32,000 bases of DNA from Wolbachia endosymbiont of Cimex lectularius. GTDB taxonomy: Bacteria; Pseudomonadota; Alphaproteobacteria; Rickettsiales; Anaplasmataceae. The notes under the pieces are model-generated. The model searched no databases, had not been told where the DNA came from, and saw nothing but the letters and a program-made list of their open reading frames with translations. A program made the translations under genes and the position numbers. This document shows, in pieces, positions 1-9,378 of the stretch; the first letter of the stretch is position 1, and the number at the start of each line of letters is the position of its first letter. The stretch lies in NCBI RefSeq assembly GCF_000829315.1, contig NZ_AP013028.1, positions 120,001-152,000 of the forward strand, written 5' to 3'.

Positions 1-8
1 CAGAGCTT

Positions 9-1214
9 TTGAATAAAAACGTGCTTAATAAAATTTCTCACTTAATTGTTCCTAGTAATATCATTAGGCCTCTCGCAAAATCCTATGTCATCTCGAATAC
101 TTCCAAAATTTTGTCATCCCAGTGCTTTGACACTGGGATCCAGAAAAAAAAAGTATGGATTCCAGTGTCAAGCACTGGAATGACACCAGGTAGAGAAACG
201 ATACCGGACAGTGTTGCTTCTCTCGAAACCGTCAATCTAGTGAGAAACAAGGCAAAAGATAGCGACTTAATAGTTGCACTTGGTAGCGGCACTGTTAATG
301 ATATTTGCAAGTATGCAAGCTACCTCGAGAAAAAAGATTACATATCGTTCCCAACAGCAGCTTCTATGAACGGCTATACCTCTGCAAATGCTTCAATATT
401 AGTAGATGGGCATAAAAAATCGTTCGCAGCACATCTTCCCAAGGCAGTATACATCGACATCAATATGATCGCCGACGCACCACTGCGCCTTACATTAAGC
501 GGATTTGCGGATTTTATCTGTCGTTCAACAGTAGAAGCCGATTGGCTATTATCTCATCTGCTACTTGGCACAGAATATAACGAATTACCTTTCGTACTTG
601 TTCGCGATCTGGAGGAAATTTTGCTTAGAGAGCACCTAGCTCTTGCAAAAAGAAGCAAAAAAGTGGTCTTATTACTTATGGAAGCCTTGCTAATCTCAGG
701 ACTTGGAATGGCGATATCAGAGGGCAGCCATTCTGCGAGCCAAGGAGAGCATATGATAGCTCATGCAATGGAAATGCTGACAAAAGATTATTCTTCACTA
801 CATGGCGAAAAAATTGCTGTTACAACGCTTACCATGGCTAATTTGCAGGAAAAGATATTATCAGTACAAAATCCTACCATTAAACCAACCACTTTAGATG
901 TAAAGCGTATAACTGAGTGTTTTGGTAATACCGAATTTACAAAAATTCTAGAGCAGAAAAAAATTCTGCAGCAAAAAATTGGAGGGATCATTCATAAGGA
1001 ATGGAATAATATTTCCAGCTTAATTAAGCAAAATTTACTACCTGCAAGACACCTGCAGAAAATATTTGAAGATTTGTCAATTCCACACTTACCAGAGCAT
1101 CTAAATTGGAACAAAGAGCAATATTGCAAAGTGGTTAACTTTGCATTTGCAACAAGAGACAGATTCACCTTTCTTGACTTGGCGCACTGCATAGAAGAAA
1201 GTGAAGTTTTGTAG
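9..1214 (+). CDS. sn-glycerol-1-phosphate dehydrogenase-like / iron-containing alcohol dehydrogenase family protein, carrying an in-frame palindromic-element insertion; true start may lie upstream of the window
   Basis: 401 aa ORF with the NAD-binding-type motif IVALGSGTVNDICKYASY and FPTAASMNGYTSANAS. The frame begins at a TTG 9 bases from the window edge. Confidence 0.75.
   Translation: MNKNVLNKISHLIVPSNIIRPLAKSYVISNTSKILSSQCFDTGIQKKKVWIPVSSTGMTPGRETIPDSVASLETVNLVRNKAKDSDLIVALGSGTVNDICKYASYLEKKDYISFPTAASMNGYTSANASILVDGHKKSFAAHLPKAVYIDINMIADAPLRLTLSGFADFICRSTVEADWLLSHLLLGTEYNELPFVLVRDLEEILLREHLALAKRSKKVVLLLMEALLISGLGMAISEGSHSASQGEHMIAHAMEMLTKDYSSLHGEKIAVTTLTMANLQEKILSVQNPTIKPTTLDVKRITECFGNTEFTKILEQKKILQQKIGGIIHKEWNNISSLIKQNLLPARHLQKIFEDLSIPHLPEHLNWNKEQYCKVVNFAFATRDRFTFLDLAHCIEESEVL
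112..185. repeat. Palindromic element (Rickettsia/Wolbachia palindromic element-like) inserted in frame in a CDS
   Basis: TGTCATCCCAGTGCTTTGACACTGGGATCCAG...TGGATTCCAGTGTCAAGCACTGGAATGACA; inverted arms, also found in leuS and in two intergenic regions. Confidence 0.85.
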
Positions 1215-1237
1215 TGGCTGGTTTGTTGCTAAAAAAA

Positions 1238-2020
1238 TTATAGGTCAACAAAAAAATTTGAATTGTGGGTTGCACATTCTTTGCTTGCATGAGTAACGTT
1301 TACACATTCTAGCTTACTACTACACAACAGGTATCCACCAAGTATAATACCTGCTACAGCTGGAGTAACGCTAACAACTGCACTTTTTTCTGCAATAGCA
1401 ATGATTCCTGTAACAATACAGATAGTGACCAGTGCAACAGCAGTATACTTTTGTGCATTTCGTTTCTCTTCAGAATTTATTTGATTCAAATAATTCTCAA
1501 ATGTTTCCTTAATTTCTTTGTCTTGCATTTTGTTAATTTCGCCACAAAGCTCTTTAAACTTTCTCAGATCTTTGTGTTTCAACCATAATATATCTTCCCT
1601 AACTACTTGATCGTCCAATAAGTAATCAGACACATAACTTCTCTTATCATTTGGCCTTTTGATGCATAGCACACTAGGTATTTCCCTTGTAAGATACACA
1701 CGAATCACTCCATAATTAATTAACATTGCATACAGCACAATATTTAATTTGTTCTGCGGATCACTAGTTATATCTTTACTTTTCAAACACAATACTAGAG
1801 AAGTAGTACTTAAATATTTCATATCATCTGTGATGGAAGAGCGTAAAATGATTTCAACTGCTTTTAAGAAATTTCCATTACCGACAAAATTAAAACCTAC
1901 GCCCTTATTTGCATTTATGAAACAGGTTATGTTTTGCATAACAAGTTGCTTATAAAATCCGCTTAATTTACTTCCATTTACTAGTCTTTTGAATTCTGTT
2001 ATATCTATCATTTCACTCAC
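1238..2020 (-). CDS. Hypothetical protein with C-terminal hydrophobic segments
   Basis: 260 aa ORF; hydrophobic stretch YTAVALVTICIVTGIIAIA...VVSVTPAVAGIILGGYLLC near the C-terminus. Confidence 0.6.
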   Translation of the reverse strand: MSEMIDITEFKRLVNGSKLSGFYKQLVMQNITCFINANKGVGFNFVGNGNFLKAVEIILRSSITDDMKYLSTTSLVLCLKSKDITSDPQNKLNIVLYAMLINYGVIRVYLTREIPSVLCIKRPNDKRSYVSDYLLDDQVVREDILWLKHKDLRKFKELCGEINKMQDKEIKETFENYLNQINSEEKRNAQKYTAVALVTICIVTGIIAIAEKSAVVSVTPAVAGIILGGYLLCSSKLECVNVTHASKECATHNSNFFVDL

Positions 2021-2119
2021 AGTTTCAATTATTAGCTAAAATTACAATATGCAATTATAGCCAGGTTCACCTGGTATAGCACAAACAACTTAAAAAACTA
2101 TTGACACCTTATTCCCTGG

Positions 2120-3184
2120 TTATCGCTCTATTTTACTTTCCAGCTCCAGTTCTAAAAGAGCCATTAAAGCAAGGTTTGTGGACAGTCCACTTGTTAAGAT
2201 GAGCTCATCTATATCAATGGGTACAGAGTTGATATGATTCACTATAACGGACTTTGCTTGTTGCAATTTTTTCTGTTTTCCATTTTCCTGGTTAACGTGC
2301 TCAACATCAAATAGGCTCTTTTGCCGAGGAGGTAAACTAAACCTAATACTCTCTATTATATCGTCAGCGGATTCGATAAGTTTAGCACCGTTCTTAATTA
2401 AATAATTGCTACCACTAGAGCGCAAATCCAAAGGGAAACCAGAAACTGCAAATACCTCTCTTCCTTGATCCAAAGCAAAATTTGCTGTTATTAAAGAACC
2501 GGAACTTTTCGATGCTTCAATCACTGTTACACCGAGTGACAAGCCAGATATAATTCGATTCCTTTGAGGAAAATATTGAGGCTTTGGTTTAGTCGAAAAT
2601 GGAAGCTCAGTAATTACTAGCCCACCATCTTCAGTGATTTTCTTGTATAGATCAGAATTTTCTCTTGGGTATACTACATCAATTCCACTCGCTGTAACAG
2701 CAATGGTAGGGTGATTTTTGTATATTACGCTGTTCGCTGCAGTGTCGATTCCTCTTGCAAGCCCAGAAACAACAATGAACCCTGCTTCGCTCAAGTCAAG
2801 TGCTAGCTTACTGGCAAAATTTCTCCCATTCACTGAAGAATTACGACCACCGATTATTGCAACTATCTCACGGCTTAATAACGACACATCACCAAGTGCA
2901 GTTATTACGGAAGGACAACCCGGTATATTTCTTAAAATGTCAGGGTAATCTGGATCACATGCAGGTATGATTTTGGCTCCAATTTTCCTTGCATTATTGA
3001 TCTCTTTTCGTGCATCTTGAATGCTATATACCTTTTTATTTTTAGTGAGCCCATCGAGATATTTTAGCGCTTCATCCAGTGACCCACACGCTCTTAGCAC
3101 ACTAGAAAACTTTGTTGCTCCTAAAGCTCTAGCTAGGCTCAACCATATCTCTAATTCTTCATTGCTCAATTTATTTATCTGCAT
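2120..3184 (-). CDS. dprA: DNA processing protein DprA (Rossmann-fold DNA-protecting protein)
   Basis: 354 aa ORF with VAIIGGRNSSVNGRNFASKLALDLSEAGFIVVSGLARGIDTAAN and QYFPQRNRIISGLSLGVTVIEASKSSGSLITA, characteristic of DprA/Smf. Confidence 0.95.
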   Translation of the reverse strand: MQINKLSNEELEIWLSLARALGATKFSSVLRACGSLDEALKYLDGLTKNKKVYSIQDARKEINNARKIGAKIIPACDPDYPDILRNIPGCPSVITALGDVSLLSREIVAIIGGRNSSVNGRNFASKLALDLSEAGFIVVSGLARGIDTAANSVIYKNHPTIAVTASGIDVVYPRENSDLYKKITEDGGLVITELPFSTKPKPQYFPQRNRIISGLSLGVTVIEASKSSGSLITANFALDQGREVFAVSGFPLDLRSSGSNYLIKNGAKLIESADDIIESIRFSLPPRQKSLFDVEHVNQENGKQKKLQQAKSVIVNHINSVPIDIDELILTSGLSTNLALMALLELELESKIER

Positions 3185-3245
3185 AAAGGGCTTGAATTTC
3201 TTATTAATCTAGTGTACCCAAGATAATATAAATATACAGTGTTTT

Positions 3246-3620
3246 ATGACGCATTTTGTTACAGATAAATGCATAAAATGTAAATATACAGATTGTGTAG
3301 AGGTGTGTCCTGTTGACTGCTTCTATGAAGGCAAAAATATGCTCGTGATCAATCCAGATGAATGTATTGATTGCGGAGTGTGCATACCCGAATGTCCAGT
3401 AGATGCAATTGTAACTGACGATTCTATAAAGGGTATTTTAGAACTAGATGAAGAGTTACTGAGCAGTGAACAAAAAACTTTCAAATCATTTTACAACATA
3501 AATGTAGAATACTCGCAAAAGTGGCCAAACATCACAGCTAAAAAACAACCTCTGGATGAAGCAGAAGAGTATAAAGAAAAAAAAGACAAAGCAGCTTATT
3601 TTGGCGAAAATCTAGAATAA
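3246..3620 (+). CDS. fdxA: Ferredoxin, FdxA-type (3Fe-4S/4Fe-4S)
   Basis: 124 aa; [29 protein letters not shown] and [16 protein letters not shown] cysteine motifs. Confidence 0.92.
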   Translation: MTHFVTDKCIKCKYTDCVEVCPVDCFYEGKNMLVINPDECIDCGVCIPECPVDAIVTDDSIKGILELDEELLSSEQKTFKSFYNINVEYSQKWPNITAKKQPLDEAEEYKEKKDKAAYFGENLE

Positions 3621-3844
3621 TGCTACTGAAGGAAAAGGAAACCCTCACGGTTGTTGTTCTTGATTGCTGGTAGTGGTTGTGCTGTTTGTGTTTTTAATAT
3701 TATTCAACACCAACTAATCCGTTAAAGCGTAGTAGAACGGAGATTTGTCAAATCATCGGTAAATCTAAATTACTTTAGCTATAGCAGTAGGTTTCTATTG
3801 AAGGTAAGAGCATCTTTTATGTATGCCATATAGTAAAACATAGA

Positions 3845-4798
3845 GTGCCCATGTTTCCAACTATAGCAATTTTAAGTGGTGGATTCTCTTGTGAAAGGGA
3901 AGTATCACTGATGAGCGGAAAAGCGGTAAAAAAGGCGCTTGATAGCCTTTCATATAATACAATAGAAATAGATGTTGACAGCGGCATTGTTGAGAAGCTT
4001 AAAAAAATTAATCCTGATCTTGCTTTTATTGCTCTGCATGGACCTTATGGCGAAGATGGTTGCATTCAAGGTTTATTGGAAATTTTAGGTATAAAATATA
4101 CACACTCGGGAGTCATGGCTTCAGCTATTGCTATGGATAAGGCAATGTCCAAGCATATGCTCCGATCCCTCGGTATTGACACCCCAAAAGGTTACATAAT
4201 TAGTCGAGAAGATATACTAAAAAACAACATTAAAATTGAATATCCGTACGTCTTAAAACCGACCAATGAAGGTTCAAGCATTGGAGTACACATAATTTTC
4301 TCGCATGATGATTATTTAAAACTGAAAGATAACAGTTTTACTATCATGGAAAAGATGATCATAGAAGAGTATATACCTGGTGTAGAGTTACATACCGCTG
4401 TATTGTTAGATGAGGCAATTGGCACTATGGAAATACGACCAAAAAAGAAATTCTATGATTATGAGGCAAAATATACAGATGGGCTTGCAGAGCATATATT
4501 TCCTGCTGAAATTCCTGACGATGTATATAAAATGACCTTGGAGCATGCATTGAAAGTTCATCGATTTTTAGGATGTAAAACTATTTCTCGCTCAGATTTT
4601 CGTTACAACCCTAAGGATAATACTCTAAAAATGCTTGAGATCAATACACACCCTGGCTTTACTGAGTTATCGTTAGTGCCAGAAATTGCAAAATTGACAA
4701 AAGGCATTGATTTTAATGAATTAGTTAAAGTTATCGTTGAAGATAGTTTGCAACACAAAAGTATTAGAGACCAAGTAAATGCTGAGCAATGTTACTAG
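3845..4798 (+). CDS. ddl: D-alanine--D-alanine ligase
   Basis: 317 aa ATP-grasp ORF; AILSGGFSCEREVSLMSG, LHGPYGEDGCIQGLLE, KPTNEGSSIGVHI, EINTHPGFTELSLVP. Confidence 0.95.
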   Translation: MPMFPTIAILSGGFSCEREVSLMSGKAVKKALDSLSYNTIEIDVDSGIVEKLKKINPDLAFIALHGPYGEDGCIQGLLEILGIKYTHSGVMASAIAMDKAMSKHMLRSLGIDTPKGYIISREDILKNNIKIEYPYVLKPTNEGSSIGVHIIFSHDDYLKLKDNSFTIMEKMIIEEYIPGVELHTAVLLDEAIGTMEIRPKKKFYDYEAKYTDGLAEHIFPAEIPDDVYKMTLEHALKVHRFLGCKTISRSDFRYNPKDNTLKMLEINTHPGFTELSLVPEIAKLTKGIDFNELVKVIVEDSLQHKSIRDQVNAEQCY

Positions 4799-5537
4799 AA
4801 GCCAAAGGAGTTTTCTGCGTAAGTGTGCTTTGGTTATTATAATAGCACTCTTTCTTACACTAGTACTCTATAGCTCGTTTGATAAAATCACAAGTCGATT
4901 TAATTATTACCTCACTTGGTGCAATGACTGTTTATCCAAGCTATTACTCAGCAGTGGATTTTCAATCGATGAAGTAGTTGTAACTGGCAATAAATTCACA
5001 AACGAAAAGGACATTCTAGGTTTGGTGGATAAAACGCAACCAATTATGTATGTATCACTTTCAAGACTTGCTGATAGCATACAGTCCGTAAGCAAATGGA
5101 TAAAACACGTAAGAATTTATAGAACTTTGCCCAACACCTTACATATTAACATAGATGAACATAAACCGTTTGCTCTCTGGAAATATGGTAACAGGACTTC
5201 AGTAATTGATTCCGAAGGTAAAGTGATTACAGACGACTATCCGATAGGTAATTTTGTTGTAATCACAGGACAAAACTCGCTATCGAACCTGAAATTTGTT
5301 AAAGACATATTAGGGAGCAAAACTCAATTGAGTAGCTACATTTCTTCTTGTGTTTATGTAGGAAATAGAAGGTGGAACATCATACTTGATAACGTTTCAA
5401 CAGTAAAACTGCCTGAAGATAATCCTCATAGCGCATGGGATTATTTAAACCAATTGCAAAACACAACTGATTTTACTTTCAGTGATTGGAGCATAATTGA
5501 TATGCGTATTACCGATAAAATCTTTGTGAAGAGGTGA
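4779..5537 (+). CDS. ftsQ: Cell division protein FtsQ (POTRA domain)
   Basis: 252 aa; N-terminal TM segment, VDEVVVTGNKFTNEKDIL...WVKHVRIYRTLPNTLHINIDEHKPFALW. Located immediately after ddl with a 20 bp overlap. Confidence 0.88.
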   Translation: MLSNVTRSQRSFLRKCALVIIIALFLTLVLYSSFDKITSRFNYYLTWCNDCLSKLLLSSGFSIDEVVVTGNKFTNEKDILGLVDKTQPIMYVSLSRLADSIQSVSKWIKHVRIYRTLPNTLHINIDEHKPFALWKYGNRTSVIDSEGKVITDDYPIGNFVVITGQNSLSNLKFVKDILGSKTQLSSYISSCVYVGNRRWNIILDNVSTVKLPEDNPHSAWDYLNQLQNTTDFTFSDWSIIDMRITDKIFVKR

Positions 5538-5590
5538 TCTGCTGTCATCCAAGTAGACAACAGTGGAAAAAAGCTACCCGATAGAAACGA

Positions 5591-6030
5591 AAAAAACTAC
5601 TTGACAAGTTCCTTCAACCTCCTTATAATAAGGCTGAAGCTATTTGTTTATTTTCGCAATCTGTGCACCTCACGTCTTTTTAAAACTTCGGGTTTTTACC
5701 TATACAAGCTGAAACGCGCTTATAAGTCGTTTAAGACAGTATAGAACGTCAAATAGACAAGGGAGAATTTGAATACTAGCTGCCCTAGAGTTTTTTTGCT
5801 CTTTTTCCTGCTTAGTAAATTTCTTAATGTTGATAGTTTTGGTTATTTACATTTAAAAGTAGCTGAATCGTAGCGCTGAGAATAAAAACGCCGATATTTG
5901 AGGTACATATAAATAATTAGCCACCGACCGGGGTTTCTTTTGCTTTTTTTTTTTTAGTAAATTTCTTAAGTATTTATAGCTAGTTGCAATTTATGAACGA
6001 ACATTTGTTTTTACAACAAATGTTGTCATA
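5591..6030 (+). repeat. Dispersed promoter-bearing intergenic repeat, copy I
   Basis: AAAAAACTACTTGACA...TATAAT, CTCACGTCTTTTTAAAACTTC, TACAAGCTGAAACGCGCTTATAAGTCGTTTAA and T-rich modules; all conserved with 27552..28045, and partly with 14190..14659 on the other strand. Confidence 0.8.
5601..5629 (+). promoter_or_regulatory. Consensus sigma70 promoter (TTGACA-17 bp-TATAAT)
   Basis: TTGACA at 5601..5606, 17 bp spacer, TATAAT at 5624..5629; exact match to consensus. Confidence 0.7.
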
Positions 6031-6039
6031 AAGTGAAAT

Positions 6040-6116
6040 GAGATCCCAGCGTCGCGCGCTGGGATGACAGGAAAGGGGGATGCTGGGATGACAGGAGAAG
6101 GAGTGCTGGAATGACA
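6040..6116. repeat. Intergenic palindromic element (degenerate or partial copy)
   Basis: AGATCCCAGCGTCGCGCGCTGGGATGACAGG...GCTGGGATGACAGG...AGTGCTGGAATGACA; arms match the palindromic elements elsewhere. Confidence 0.6.
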
Positions 6117-6143
6117 TCATTGTTGACTGGCAAAACGGTACCT

Positions 6144-7622
6144 TTAATTTGTCCTATTACCATTGGTATTACAATTCAATAACTCTCCAAAATCAATTAT
6201 GTTTGCAAAGTAGTCACTATCTATAACGTCATCACTTACACCATTAACATAAATGAGGACTGGGCAGCATGAAAAGCCTTTTGGACGGTTTAGTGTATCT
6301 ATTTTCGTTTGTACTTCCTGGATTATTGAATGACCAATTTTATTTTTTGAAAATTTGATTTCGCAAATGTAGAGAGTGTTAAACTTTGTTTGAATCATAT
6401 AATCAATTTGACAACCAGCACTATTGCTTGTCTTCCTCTGAAAAAATGGATTTTCGTTTACTATTCCATCAATTCCCAAGATATTATGTATGCTCTTTCT
6501 ATTGTTAAGCACCAAATTTTCAAACTGAAGTCCGATGATTGTATGCCACTCCGGTAGAGATGCAAGCAATCCCATGGAGTAGGCATCGCGATTAATTTTT
6601 CCTAGATTTTTTTCAATATATTTTAGGTAAAACCTTAAATAGTTATCTTGAAGTCTATACCTTCTCAGTCGCGAATCAATACCCGTTTTTATATTCCAAG
6701 TGTGATCCTTTGTAATAAAACCAGCAAGCTCGAGCTCATATAGATACTCGGAAATGCGTCCATGTCTCGCAATGTCTAAAGCAGCACAAATTTCTTCCTG
6801 TTCTTTAGCTCCGGTAGAAAGAGCCCTGACTATTTACTTATAAAAAGCTGTTTTTCGCATGAATAAATCTGAAAATATTTGGTCAAATTCCTCAACTAAA
6901 AATCCGCCTTTCGAGAAACAAAGCTTTTTGATATTTTCTTCAGCACTGTGTTTAAAATTTACCTCTTCTAAATATTTTGGAATTCCGCCAGTTACTGCGA
7001 GCACCTTAAACTTTTCGTATGCTGAAATATTCTTTGGCCAAAATCTATTGCAATCAGAAAGTGCTAATTCCCCGAGTGTCAAAGTCAACGATATTCTTCC
7101 CACAAAACCAGTGCTACTGAGTATGTTTTTTTCGATCCAAGATGATGCAGATCCACACACAACAAAAATTAACTTGTTGTTATTTTTTAGCTGTGTATCC
7201 CAAAAATTCTTTATTTTGCCTAAAAAAGTTGGATCTTTTGAGCCCATCCAAGAGATTTCATCAAATAGCAGTAATATTTTCCCTGATAGTAGACGCTCGC
7301 CAACTGCCCATAGTAAATCGCTCCAGTCATCATACCTAGCAAAAGACGTATTAAATTGCCTAGCAATTTGCCTAGAAAATTCATTAAGTTGGTGAGATAT
7401 TGTAGTATTCTTCTCCGGCGGTAAACTTATAAATGAGTAATATTGCTCAAAATGCTTACCAAACTCTTGAATTAATCGACTTTTTCCTATACGACGCCTT
7501 CCTTTGACTACAACAAAAGAAGCGGTATTTTTTTCTTTAAGCTCCAGTAATTGCTTTAACTCAGCTTGCCTACCAATAAATGATGGAGACATAAAACACG
7601 AAATGTAAATCTTTGTTTCCAT
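6144..7622 (-). pseudogene. AAA-family ATPase (archaeal-ATPase/DUF234-like architecture) split by a single in-frame nonsense codon
   Basis: The N-terminal part (SFIGRQAELKQLLELKEKNTASFVVVKGRRRIGKSRLIQEF, LLLFDEISWMG) ends ...MRKTAFYK at TAA 6834..6836. The same frame continues IVRALSTGAKEQEEICAALDIARHGRISEYLYELELAGFI... into the 6144..6575 ORF, which has a nuclease-like CQIDYMIQT...YICEIKFSK. The start at 7622 (METKI) or 7592 (MSPSFIGRQ) is tentative. Confidence 0.85.
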
Positions 7623-7708
7623 TATGTGTGATAAAATTGGAGACGTAAATAAATAAATTGTGATCTTTGTCTCCACTTTTTCTGGGTAAGGTCGACCAAA
7701 CCTATCTA

Positions 7709-8569
7709 AGAACCTGTTTAAAATCTTGGAAATGTGAGGTAAAGTAAGCATAGATTAATAATGAGGTGTCTATGCAGAAAAGTTATCCAAGTAATATAAG
7801 TCAAGAGCAGTTTGAAAAAATCAGGCCAATTTTGGAGAGTAGCAAGCAGAAAACAAAACCAAGAAAACTTGATTTGTATGACGTATTTTGTGGGGTGTTG
7901 TACGTCTTAAAAAGTGGTTGTCAGTGGAGGATGTTACCAAAGGGTTTTCCAAGATGGGAAAGCGTATATTACTATTTTCGAGTGTGGAGTAAAAAGAGTG
8001 GAGAAGAGCCAAGCTTGTTGGAATTAGTCTTAAAAAAAATTAGTTGGAGAGGTCCGTATCAGCAATGGTCGGAAAGAGAAAACTAGCTTTTGTATAATTG
8101 ATTCTCAAAGCGTTAAAAACGCAGATACTGCTGAAAAAAAAGGCTATGATGCAGGTAAAAAGATTTCAGGGATAAAGCGCCATATTGCAGTTGATACACA
8201 AGGTTTGCCACATGCAATTTATGTAACAACGGCAGAAGCAACTGACCGTAGCAGTGCTGTGAAAATGGTCGAAAATGCTAAAGCAAACCTCTCTGAAGTT
8301 AAAAACATACTGGTTGATGCTGGCTACACAGGAGAAAATTTTGCAACACAAATAAAAGCTATCATTGGTGCGACTGTTGAAGTAATAAAGCGAAGTGAGT
8401 TACACACTTTCGTCGTATTGCCAAAAAGATGGGTTGTTGAACGCTCTTTTGCCTGGTTAGAAAAGTGCAGGCGATTGTGGAAAAATTGCGAGCGGAAGCT
8501 CAACACTAGCTTACAGATGATAGTCCTCTCCTTCATTTCTCTCTGTTACGAAGATTTTAAACAGGTTCT
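7709..8569 (+). mobile_element. IS5-family insertion sequence, copy 1 (861 bp, 1-nt deletion near the 3' end)
   Basis: Terminal inverted repeats AGAACCTGTTTAAAATCTT / AAGATTTTAAACAGGTTCT, two-ORF transposase, TAA flanking both ends. CTCTCTGTTACG replaces CTCTCCTGTTACG of the other copies. Confidence 0.95.
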
Positions 8570-8612
8570 AAAAAGCAAACTACAACTGTTCCTTCAGAGT
8601 AAGTTTAGCTAA
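7766..8612 (+). pseudogene. IS5-family transposase, orfA (7766..8086) plus orfB (ATG at 8205, frame open from ~8080); orfB C-terminus altered by a 1-nt deletion
   Basis: orfA MQKSYPSNISQEQFEKIRPILESSKQKTKPRKLDLYDVFCGVLYVLKSGCQWRMLPKGFPRWESVYYYF; orfB frame FCIIDSQSVKNAD...GIKRHIAVDTQGLPHAIYV...DAGYTG...RWVVERSFAWL. Ends CYEDFKQVLKSKLQLFLQSKFS instead of LLLRRF. Confidence 0.85.
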
Positions 8613-8742
8613 CTTTAGAATGATTTAACATAAATCATTACAAAATGCCAAGAAGTAAATTAACAACAGAAAAAATAACATAAAAATCTTTTTACTTCAA
8701 AAGTATGCTATTTAATATAGTTTAAATCATCTAAATAAATTT

Positions 8743-9366
8743 ATGCGGCGTATAGCCTCATTCTTTATATTATCGGCAATACTAATAAGCTGTGGCTTGC
8801 AAAAACCTGTACCTGTGCTGCTTAAAGGTGAAGAGTTTTATGGGAAAAGAGACCTAGAGTATACAAGGGAATACCATTTAATTAGAGAGGATGTTGATTC
8901 TTCAGTAAAAAAAGAAAATAGAAAAGCTGTCATAGATAAGGTATATAGAGAGAATAATAAAGCGCAAAATGTGGAAATTGATGGGGTGAATTGTAAATTT
9001 GTAATGCCAGTTAAAGGTACTGTTATTTCAACTGCTTCCTCTGATGAAGTATGTAAAGATGGAGTAAAAATTGCTGCTCAAGGCGGAACGAATGTGGTTG
9101 CTTCTGCACCTGGCAAAGTGATATATGTAGGCAAAGGGCTGAGGTGGTATGGAAATTTAATTATAGTGGAACACAAAGATAATTATGTGACTGTGTACTC
9201 CTATTTAAAAAACATACACGTTGAAATTGGTGATAAAGTAAAACAGGGTCAAGTAATTGGGTCTGCAGGTAAGTCAAGTACGCAGGATAAAGATCCGCAG
9301 ATGTGCTTTACAATACGGCATAACGGTCAAGAGGTTGATCCTTTGAAGCATATGAACTGTAATTGA
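8743..9366 (+). CDS. M23/LytM-domain lipoprotein, NlpD-like, with degenerate catalytic motifs
   Basis: 207 aa; lipobox-like ILSAILISCG; CKFVMPVKGTVIS...GVKIAAQGGTNVVASAPGKVIYVGKGLRWYGNLIIVEHKDNYVTVYSYLKNIHVEIGDKVKQGQVIGSAG. Confidence 0.85.
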   Translation: MRRIASFFILSAILISCGLQKPVPVLLKGEEFYGKRDLEYTREYHLIREDVDSSVKKENRKAVIDKVYRENNKAQNVEIDGVNCKFVMPVKGTVISTASSDEVCKDGVKIAAQGGTNVVASAPGKVIYVGKGLRWYGNLIIVEHKDNYVTVYSYLKNIHVEIGDKVKQGQVIGSAGKSSTQDKDPQMCFTIRHNGQEVDPLKHMNCN

Positions 9367-9378
9367 ATTTGGATTTAT

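Noticed and set aside
83-310. Antisense ORFs over the palindromic elements and coding genes (83..310, 9807..10289, 9392..9771, 10678..11019, 12309..12779)
   Set aside because: They lie opposite well-supported genes or in palindromic DNA, where both strands encode similar peptides. No independent coding evidence.
3640-3840. Intergenic fdxA-ddl region as another copy of the promoter repeat
   Set aside because: Only faint similarities; no TTGACA-N17-TATAAT start or conserved blocks.
8166-8536. Short minus-strand ORFs inside each IS copy (61, 63, 70 aa)
   Set aside because: Repeated in every copy only because the IS is repeated; they are antisense to the transposase.
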